Part shown: in pieces, positions 57,571 to 64,000 of the stretch | How positions within the stretch are numbered: the first letter of the stretch is position 1 | Layout of the letters: the number at the start of each line of letters is the position of its first letter | Assembly: GCA_963709485.1 (NCBI GenBank) | Contig: CAVPWE010000005.1 | Location: 207,608 to 271,607, forward strand | Direction: 5' to 3' | Origin: an uncultured delta proteobacterium | GTDB lineage: Bacteria > Desulfobacterota > Syntrophia > Syntrophales > Fen-1087 | DNA: 64,000 bases | Position numbers and translations under genes: made by a program | The notes under the pieces: generated by a model | What the model saw: only the letters and a program-made list of their open reading frames with translations | Databases searched by the model: none | Told to the model about the DNA's origin: nothing

Positions 57571-58440
57571 TTATTGACGGACGAGGCGGATTTCAAACAG
57601 CTTCGGCCAGAATTTCCCCGTCACGAAGAGCCGGTCGCCCCGCCCGTCATGGGCGATCCCGTTGAGCACGTCGACGGGCGCACCCGCCCCGAGCTTCCCC
57701 GACAGGCCCCGCAGGTCGATCCAGCCCAGGACCCTGCCGGATTCCGGCGAGATCCGGGCGATGTAATCGGTCCCCCAGACATTCGCGAAGAGCTCGCCCT
57801 TCACGAACTCGAGCTCGTTGAGACGGGCGACCGGCCGGCCCCGGTCGGTGACGGTCACCTGCCCGACAGGCTTGAAGGTGCGGGCGTCGAGCCGGCGCAG
57901 GACCGCCGTCCCGTCGCTCATGACAAGGCGTGTTCCGTCACAGGCGATCCCCCAGCCCTCGGTGGGGTAAGCGAAACGGCCGGCCGGCCGAAGATCGAGG
58001 TCATAGACGAAGCCGACCCGGGACTGCCAGGTGAGCTGGACGAGGCGGTCCCGGCAGAGGGTAATCCCTTCCCCGAAATATCTGTCCGGCAGGCGGCGGA
58101 TCTTCAGCACCTTCCCCGTTTTCAGGTCCACCTTCCGCAAAGAAGACCGGCCCTCGAGACCCGTTCCCTCGTAGAGGAAACCGCCTGCCCAGGCAAGGCC
58201 CTGCGTGAAGGCGGCGGGGTCGTGCGGGTATTCGCGGATGACCCGGTATCCGTAAACCGGGACATCGGAAGGATCGGGGGCCGGGGATGCGTCTGCCGCT
58301 CCCGGCGGCGATGGCGACAGTGGCGGAACCGGGCCGTCAAGCGAATCGCCCCGGAACGGCAAAAGGACGAGGCATGCGGCGAGAAGGACCGCTCTGATCC
58401 GGGACTTTCTTTGCAATGCCGACCGTCCTGACCGTTTCAC
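57571..58440 (-). CDS. Glutaminyl-peptide cyclotransferase (beta-propeller type), secreted
   Basis: Contains YPHDPAAFTQGL, LYEGTGLEGRSSLR, FGEGIT, WGIACDG, NELEFVKGELFANVW and NGIAHD. An N-terminal signal and a Pro-rich linker are present. Confidence 0.85.
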   Translation of the reverse strand: MKRSGRSALQRKSRIRAVLLAACLVLLPFRGDSLDGPVPPLSPSPPGAADASPAPDPSDVPVYGYRVIREYPHDPAAFTQGLAWAGGFLYEGTGLEGRSSLRKVDLKTGKVLKIRRLPDRYFGEGITLCRDRLVQLTWQSRVGFVYDLDLRPAGRFAYPTEGWGIACDGTRLVMSDGTAVLRRLDARTFKPVGQVTVTDRGRPVARLNELEFVKGELFANVWGTDYIARISPESGRVLGWIDLRGLSGKLGAGAPVDVLNGIAHDGRGDRLFVTGKFWPKLFEIRLVRQ

Positions 58441-58461
58441 CGATCCGAATGCCTTTCGCCG

Positions 58462-59850
58462 CTACCGCATGACGATCCAGTGAAAAAAACGTTTTGCCAG
58501 ATAGTACAGGTGCCTGAGCGAACGGATGGACCGAAGCTGGTAGGCCAGGATGCCGGGCCGCATGTAGAACCTCAGGAAGGCCAGCCGCTGCCAGCGCTTC
58601 AGCGCCTTCCGGGTGAGGCCTTCCGGCACGTAGGCCGCATTCATGAAATAGAAATGCGTCCAGTCCACATCTTTCAACTTGCCGCCGGCCTGGAGCATGC
58701 GGAAGCTCTCCGAACCGGGAAAGGGCAGATAGGTGAAGTAATTGGCCCGCTTCAGCGGGAGCCCGGCGGAAAAGCGGATCGTCTCGCGGATCGTCCCGAC
58801 GGTCTCGCCGGGATATCCCAGGATGAAGAAGCCGGCCATGTCGACGCCGGCCCGCCGGATCATTTGCACGGACGCCCGGATCCCGTCCTTCGTCATGCCC
58901 TTGCGCATCAGCTTCAGCATCCGGTCGGAGCCGGACTCGATTCCCAGCGAGATCAGGTACAGGCCGGTGTCCTTCATCAAGCCGAGCAGCTCCTCGTCCA
59001 GGGTGTCCATGCGGACGCCGTTCGGCACGGCCCAGCTCATGCCCAGGTTCGCCGCCTTGAGCTGCCGCAGCAGCGCCTTCGCATAGGCCCGGTCCTGCGT
59101 GAAGTTGTCGTCGACGATGTGAAACTCCCGGATCCCGAATTCCCGGTACAGATATTGGATCTCGCCCAGCACATGGCCGGCGCTCCGCCGGCGGATCTTG
59201 CGGCCGGACACCACATGCCCCGCGCAGAAGGTGCACGGGTAGGGGCAGCCCCGGGTCACCATGACGGGCGCGATGGGAAACTGCCGGTAAAAGGCGCCGT
59301 GCTGGGATTCCGGGTAGGTCTCCGGCCGGATGATGTCCCAGGCCGGCATCCCGAGCGCGTCCAGGTCTTCGGGGAAAGCGGGAAGCTTCGACCGGATCCG
59401 GCCGTTGTCGCGCCAGACCAGGCCCGGTATGGCCCGGTAGTCCGCCTGCCCGTCCTGCAGTCCGTCCAGCAGCAGCGGGAGCCCCGTTTCCGCTTCGCCG
59501 ACAAAGGCGAAATCGAGGTTTTCCCCGGCCGTCCGGAACAGGTCCTCGGGCAGGGCCGAGGGGTGGGGACCGCCGACAACGGTGACCATTCCCCGGCGGA
59601 CCCGCTTCGCGGCCTCCAGGGCCTTCAGGACGAATTGAAGATCGAAGGTGTAGCATTGCAGGCCCAGGACATCGGGTGGGTTCCTTCTGAGGATGGATTC
59701 CAGTCTTTCGACGGGGATGTTTTCTTTGATGCAGTCGAGGATGGCGACTTCGTGCCGCTTGCGGATCGCCGTGGCCAGATAGCCCAGTCCCAGGGAGGGC
59801 TGGATATGGTCGCTCAGGTTGTGGGGCTTGACCAGGAGGACTTTCATCAA
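58462..59850 (-). CDS. B12-binding-domain radical SAM enzyme
   Basis: The N-terminal cobalamin-binding fold begins KVLLVKP...LGLGYLA. The radical SAM motif is VTRGCPYPCTFCAG. Confidence 0.9.
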   Translation of the reverse strand: MMKVLLVKPHNLSDHIQPSLGLGYLATAIRKRHEVAILDCIKENIPVERLESILRRNPPDVLGLQCYTFDLQFVLKALEAAKRVRRGMVTVVGGPHPSALPEDLFRTAGENLDFAFVGEAETGLPLLLDGLQDGQADYRAIPGLVWRDNGRIRSKLPAFPEDLDALGMPAWDIIRPETYPESQHGAFYRQFPIAPVMVTRGCPYPCTFCAGHVVSGRKIRRRSAGHVLGEIQYLYREFGIREFHIVDDNFTQDRAYAKALLRQLKAANLGMSWAVPNGVRMDTLDEELLGLMKDTGLYLISLGIESGSDRMLKLMRKGMTKDGIRASVQMIRRAGVDMAGFFILGYPGETVGTIRETIRFSAGLPLKRANYFTYLPFPGSESFRMLQAGGKLKDVDWTHFYFMNAAYVPEGLTRKALKRWQRLAFLRFYMRPGILAYQLRSIRSLRHLYYLAKRFFHWIVMR

Positions 59851-60545
59851 TCCGTGAACCGGTATCGGATCAGGGCCACGACGGCGCCGATCCCGTGCTT
59901 CCAGGAAATCTTCTTCCCCTCCTCGTAGGTCCGGCCGTAGTAGGAGATGGGCATCTCGTATACCCGCAGGCGCCTGTTCTTGAAGATCTTGGCCGTGATC
60001 TCCGGCTCCACGGAAAAGTCGTCCGAACGGATATGGATCTGCCGGATCACCTCGCTTCTGAACATCTTGTAGCAGGTCTCCATGTCGGTGAGGGTCGTGT
60101 TGTAGAGCAGGTTGGTCAGGAACGTCAGGAAGCCGTTTCCGACGCGGTGCCAGAACATGTAGACCCGCTGCGGCTTGCCGCCGGAGAGCCGCGACCCGAA
60201 AACGACGTCGGCCACGCCGTCCTGAATCGGCCGGATCATTTCATTGAACTCGGCCGGGTCGTATTCCAGGTCGGCATCCTGTATGGCGACGACCGCGCCC
60301 GTTACCTGCTGAAAAGCCGTGCGCAGGGCCGCGCCCTTGCCGCGGTTCCGGTCGTGAAAGAAAATCCGGACGCGGCCGTCAAAGGCCGTCGATCTCAACA
60401 GTTCCCCCGTGCCGTCGTCGGAGCCGTCGTCCACAATGACGAGTTCCCTGACGATCTCCAGCCGCAGGACCTTCCCGATGATCGCCAGGACCGTTTCCCG
60501 CTCGTTGTAGACCGGCATCACCACCGACAGGACCGGTTCCGTCAT
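59847..60545 (-). CDS. Family 2 glycosyltransferase (polyprenyl-phosphate sugar synthase-like)
   Basis: Contains VVMPVYNE, VIVDDGSDDGT, NRGKGAA and QDADLEYDP (the DxD region). The protein is 232 aa. Confidence 0.9.
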   Translation of the reverse strand: MTEPVLSVVMPVYNERETVLAIIGKVLRLEIVRELVIVDDGSDDGTGELLRSTAFDGRVRIFFHDRNRGKGAALRTAFQQVTGAVVAIQDADLEYDPAEFNEMIRPIQDGVADVVFGSRLSGGKPQRVYMFWHRVGNGFLTFLTNLLYNTTLTDMETCYKMFRSEVIRQIHIRSDDFSVEPEITAKIFKNRRLRVYEMPISYYGRTYEEGKKISWKHGIGAVVALIRYRFTD

Positions 60546-62050
60546 GGCCTTCTCCCCCTTTTTTCATGTTTCTCTTTGACGCTTCCCGCTTTCGCGGGCA
60601 TCGCGGCCCTGCCGGCAAGGGCCTGCTCCGGCGTCCGGACCGCCATGAAAAAGAGGAAAACGGCGCTGGGCCACAACTGCATGTACAGGCGGTTCAGGGA
60701 CGTCATCAGGTGGTAGTTCAGCTCGTAGGGCGCGATGAGGTGGATCGCGAAGTACCCGGCCAGCATCAGGACCAGGACGGCGGCGCCGGCCAGGAGGTTC
60801 AGCCGGTCTTTCCCGTCGATCGCCGGCCCCATCAGGGCCAGGTAGGCGGCGAGCAGAATGACGTTGACGAGGCCGGGGTTGAAATGGATGCCCGTGCGGA
60901 TATCCGCGAACCCCTGGGTGAAGCTGAGTCCCGTCAGGACGTAGGCCTTGAAGATATCGCAGTACCGGTGAAGGTCGGTCAGTTTCGGCAACACCTGCTG
61001 GATTGTCTGTCCGGCAAAGAGGTGGTTGGAGAGCGCCAGCTCCGCCTTGAAGACGGCCACGATAACCAGGACCGGGCAGGCGCCCGCCGCGATCCACAGG
61101 AGCTGCCTCGCCGATTCTTTCCCGCCACCGCGGAAGGACTGGAGAATCAGGCGGGTGAGAAAGAACAGGATGAAAAAAAGCAGTCCCTCGTTTTTCGTCC
61201 AGGCGGCGAGCCCCGCCGCCAGTCCGGCCAGGACGAGGAAGCCCCTTCCCCCCTCGGGAAACCGGTCATGGAGGAAGACAAACACAAAGGCGAGAAGGAA
61301 AAAAAGCGCCAGGGGGATATCGGCGAACTGCGCCGCGCCCAGGACGATGAAAAAAGGGCTCCCCATCAGGACGAGGCCGCCCAGAAAGCCCTGGCTCCGG
61401 CCGCGCAGGACGGACAGGGCCGCCCAGACCGCCCCGACAACTGCAAAGGTGAAGAGGCAGGCCAGCAGGACCGGCGCCTGCAGCGTCTCGCCGCCCGCAT
61501 ACTGCCAGGACCGCACGACGGAGAGGGGAACCAGCAGGGGGTAGTCCAGGTGCGTCCAGTCCAGGGCCTCGGTGAACATGCCGCGCCACTGTTCGGCACC
61601 CCGGAAGATGAAGCGGGCGTGAAAATTCCAGATCCACCAGGCATCCCATTTTCCGTGGGGCTCACGCAGGGTGGCGATAATGAAGGAAGCGATGGAGAAC
61701 AGAAGGGCGCCGCAGAAGACGGCCGGCAAGACCCATTGAAACCTGAACTTCCCGATCGGCGAGTCCTCCGGCAGACCGTCCCCTTGCCTGCCTCTTCGAA
61801 AGATGAAAAAAACGAGAGCCGCAAGAGAAAGGGCCGCGAGAATTTCCACGGCAAAGATCGCGCGAGGCTGGCCGGCCATGAGGCAGAGAAAGCAGAGGCA
61901 GGAAGTCAGCCCCATGCCGAGGGCGGCGCCGGCCGTCAGCCGGAGCATGAGCCCTGCCGGCCGCTTTTCCGAAACCGGGGCAAGGGCGAAGGACAGCAGC
62001 GTGCCGATCGCGGCGGCAACGACGAGGGACAGAAGGACCGGAAGCGTCAT
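60542..62050 (-). CDS. Polytopic membrane protein, GT-C (ArnT/PMT, family 39)-like glycosyltransferase candidate
   Basis: 502 aa with at least 12 TM segments. Sits in an operon with the GT2 gene through 4-bp overlaps on both sides. The assignment rests on architecture and context only. Confidence 0.6.
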   Translation of the reverse strand: MTLPVLLSLVVAAAIGTLLSFALAPVSEKRPAGLMLRLTAGAALGMGLTSCLCFLCLMAGQPRAIFAVEILAALSLAALVFFIFRRGRQGDGLPEDSPIGKFRFQWVLPAVFCGALLFSIASFIIATLREPHGKWDAWWIWNFHARFIFRGAEQWRGMFTEALDWTHLDYPLLVPLSVVRSWQYAGGETLQAPVLLACLFTFAVVGAVWAALSVLRGRSQGFLGGLVLMGSPFFIVLGAAQFADIPLALFFLLAFVFVFLHDRFPEGGRGFLVLAGLAAGLAAWTKNEGLLFFILFFLTRLILQSFRGGGKESARQLLWIAAGACPVLVIVAVFKAELALSNHLFAGQTIQQVLPKLTDLHRYCDIFKAYVLTGLSFTQGFADIRTGIHFNPGLVNVILLAAYLALMGPAIDGKDRLNLLAGAAVLVLMLAGYFAIHLIAPYELNYHLMTSLNRLYMQLWPSAVFLFFMAVRTPEQALAGRAAMPAKAGSVKEKHEKRGRRP

Positions 62051-62514
62051 GGTCTCGGTCCTTTTCGATAGAGGATGAGGCCGTCCCCGAAATCCCGGGC
62101 GGGTACCAGTTTATATTTCTGCAGGAGACCGGCGTCGGGAGATCCGGTGATGTAGTTGCCCACCACGAGCGGGTGGTCGGGGCTGTTGTGTACGATCACC
62201 GGGGCCAGCGTGTACTGCGTCAGCATGTACTGCGCCAGGAACTCGACATCCTGAAGGGTCCGCTCGTAGAGGAAGATCTTCTCGTTGTCGACGGACGTGA
62301 CATAGCCCATCGCGGCGGTCCCGGCGGGCAGGGCACCCCGGATCTGGTCGATCCTGGCCTCGTGGATCGTCACCGGATCGGTTTTCAGGAATTCCGGGTA
62401 GGATGCTGCGCCCCGGTACAGCGCGTTCAGGCCGGAGGCAAAGGTCAAGGCCAAAAGCAGGGCCAGGGCCGTCCCGGCGCGCACGCGCGCATATGTTCCG
62501 TCTGGTTTTCCCAC
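62047..62514 (-). CDS. Membrane-anchored protein of unknown function; first gene of the operon
   Basis: 155 aa with an N-terminal TM segment (GTALALLLALTFASGL). There is a 4-bp overlap with the next gene. Confidence 0.6.
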   Translation of the reverse strand: MGKPDGTYARVRAGTALALLLALTFASGLNALYRGAASYPEFLKTDPVTIHEARIDQIRGALPAGTAAMGYVTSVDNEKIFLYERTLQDVEFLAQYMLTQYTLAPVIVHNSPDHPLVVGNYITGSPDAGLLQKYKLVPARDFGDGLILYRKGPRP

Positions 62515-62564
62515 ATCATGGGCCTTTCCGCCGGCATGGGCCGAATGGAGTCTACGCGGCGGGA

Positions 62565-62593
62565 AGTATAGGGAACGGGCCGGGGCCTGTCAA
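62565..62593 (-). promoter_or_regulatory. Putative sigma70 promoter of the GT-C/GT2/rSAM/cyclase operon
   Basis: The minus strand reads TTGACA (62593-62588), a 17-nt spacer, then TATACT (62570-62565). It lies about 50 nt upstream of the start at 62514. Confidence 0.5.
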
Positions 62594-62670
62594 TGGTAAA
62601 AAGCCTTGCGCATCAGTCTCGCGGGCGCGCAGCCCCAGGGTGGGAATCTTTCTTTTCAAGAACAATGCTT

Positions 62671-63816
62671 CTACCGGAGGATCTGGCCGGCGATGATGAT
62701 GCGCTGGATCTGGTTGGTGCCCTCGTAGATCTGGGTGATCTTCGCGTCCCGCATCATCCGCTCCACCGGATATTCCCGGACATAGCCGTATCCGCCGAAG
62801 ATCTGGACAGCGTCCGTGGTCACCTTCATCGCCACGTCCGAGGCGTACCACTTCGCCATGGAGGCGATCTTCGGCTGGTCCGGCGATTCCGGCTCGGTGT
62901 CGATCATCGAAGCCGCCCGGTAGACCATGGTCCGCGCCGTCTCCACGGAAAGGGCCATCTCCGCCAGCATCCACTGTATCCCCTGGAACGATGCCAGGGG
63001 CTTGCCGAACTGCACCCGCTCCTTCGCGTATTTGATCGACGCCTCGAGCGCCCCCTGGGCAATCCCCAGCGCCTGACCGCCCACGGCGGGCCGCGTGTAG
63101 TTGAACGTCGTCATCAGCGTCCGGAATCCGCCCCCCTCGGGGCCCAGCAGGCGGTCCGCCGGAACGAACACGTTCTCGAAGACCAGCTCCCGCGTGTCCG
63201 ACCCGTGAAGGCCCATCTTGTGCTCCTTCTTCCCCACGGTGAACCCCGGCATGCCCTTCTCCAGGATGAACATGCTGATGCCCCGGTTGCCCTTCTCCTT
63301 GTCCGTGTAGGCCAGGACCGTCACGATATCCGCTTCGCCCCCGTTGGTAATGAAGATCTTGGCGCCGTCCAGCACGTAGCCGCCGTCCACCTTCTTCGCC
63401 GTCGTCTTCATCCCCGACACGTCGGAGCCGGCCCCCGGTTCGGTGATCCCGCAGGCGCCGAGGCATGCCCCCGAGGCCAAACGGTAGAGGTAATTCTTCT
63501 TCTGCTCCTCCGTGCCGGCCAGAAGCAGGGGGTCGCTCGCCAGCGCCTGGGTCGTCAGGATGACCGAGGTTGAACAGCAGACCTTCGCAATCTCTTCCAC
63601 CACCAGGACCATTGCCAGCATCCCCGCCCCGGCACCACCATATTCCTCGGGAATCTGGATGCCCAGCAAACCGTTCTCCGCCAGGACCTTCACCGAATCG
63701 GACGGAAAGATCTCCTTCTCGTCGATTTCCGCGGCGATGGGGGCAAACTTTTCCTCCGCGATCCTCCGCACCGTGTCCCGCAACATCTTCTGGTCATCAT
63801 TCAAAATAAAATCTAT
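62671..63816 (-). CDS. Acyl-CoA dehydrogenase (short/medium-chain, butyryl-CoA dehydrogenase-like)
   Basis: The product reads (M/I)DFILNDDQKMLRDTVRRIAEEKF and is about 382 aa, with GITEPGAGSD, the catalytic region YEGTNQIQR and other ACAD motifs. AGGAGA lies 6 nt upstream of an ATA codon at the expected start. The upstream in-frame extension to 63957 has no homology. Confidence 0.85.
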   Translation of the reverse strand: MDFILNDDQKMLRDTVRRIAEEKFAPIAAEIDEKEIFPSDSVKVLAENGLLGIQIPEEYGGAGAGMLAMVLVVEEIAKVCCSTSVILTTQALASDPLLLAGTEEQKKNYLYRLASGACLGACGITEPGAGSDVSGMKTTAKKVDGGYVLDGAKIFITNGGEADIVTVLAYTDKEKGNRGISMFILEKGMPGFTVGKKEHKMGLHGSDTRELVFENVFVPADRLLGPEGGGFRTLMTTFNYTRPAVGGQALGIAQGALEASIKYAKERVQFGKPLASFQGIQWMLAEMALSVETARTMVYRAASMIDTEPESPDQPKIASMAKWYASDVAMKVTTDAVQIFGGYGYVREYPVERMMRDAKITQIYEGTNQIQRIIIAGQILR

Positions 63817-63832
63817 GCGACTTCTCCTATAC

Positions 63833-64000
63833 CTATAAAAGGCCCCTTTCCCGGGCAATTTTGAGCTGCATGTCCATGACGTCCCGCGGTGGGGTGTATC
63901 GCTCCCGAGGTTCCTTCTGCAGCAGCTTGATGGCCTCCAGAGGGCAGATCCCGACACAGACGCCGCAGCCGATGCAACGGTCCAGGTTCACCACGGCTGT
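63833..64000 (-). CDS. 4Fe-4S ferredoxin-domain protein, C-terminal fragment; continues beyond the window
   Basis: The minus strand reads TAVVNLDRCIGCGVCVGICPLEAIKLLQKEPRERYTPPRDVMDMQLKIARERGLL*. Confidence 0.6.
   Translation of the reverse strand, partial: TAVVNLDRCIGCGVCVGICPLEAIKLLQKEPRERYTPPRDVMDMQLKIARERGLL

Overview
GC-rich (about 60%+) bacterial chromosomal segment. The gene content suggests an anaerobic Desulfobacterota/Syntrophales-like organism: 2-oxoacid:ferredoxin oxidoreductase, two-subunit class I fumarase, octaheme cytochrome, B12-radical SAM enzyme and acyl-CoA metabolism. This lineage call is inference only.

Gene order:
- dnaX-ybaB-recR, then a two-subunit fumarate hydratase.
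- A four-subunit OFOR operon followed by two extra redox genes.
- tRNA-Asn, followed by a visibly lower-GC patchwork: an orphan membrane protein, a ferredoxin-NADP reductase gene remnant, a sulfatase, a frame-broken octaheme cytochrome-HEAT/TPR gene, unknown lipoproteins, an MFS transporter and MltF.
- A block of secreted and outer-membrane proteins.
- A sensor kinase/FixJ-type regulator pair bracketed by three copies of a conserved tandem-palindrome promoter element.
- K+ channel, Ca2+/H+ antiporter, receiver protein plus a long CoA-transferase, DUF2254, patatin, an AI-2E transporter and an RND efflux triad.
- A DUF3141 / MaoC-phosphotransacylase / acetate-kinase remnant / FabI cluster.
- Secreted proteins plus split PqiA-PqiB-PqiC.
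- A pentapeptide-repeat lipoprotein and a MoxR-VWA pair.
- A five-gene operon: GT-C-like, GT2, B12-rSAM and glutaminyl cyclase.
- An acyl-CoA dehydrogenase.

No CRISPR array, rRNA, transposase or integrase was recognised.

Main caveat: at least ten single-base frame disruptions and one large internal deletion interrupt otherwise conserved genes, including essential dnaX. Assembly indel error must be excluded before any pseudogene biology is claimed.

The most interesting candidates are the three-copy operator/promoter regulon, the DUF3141-phosphotransacylase-kinase-enoyl reductase cluster, and the rSAM/glycosyltransferase/glutaminyl cyclase operon.
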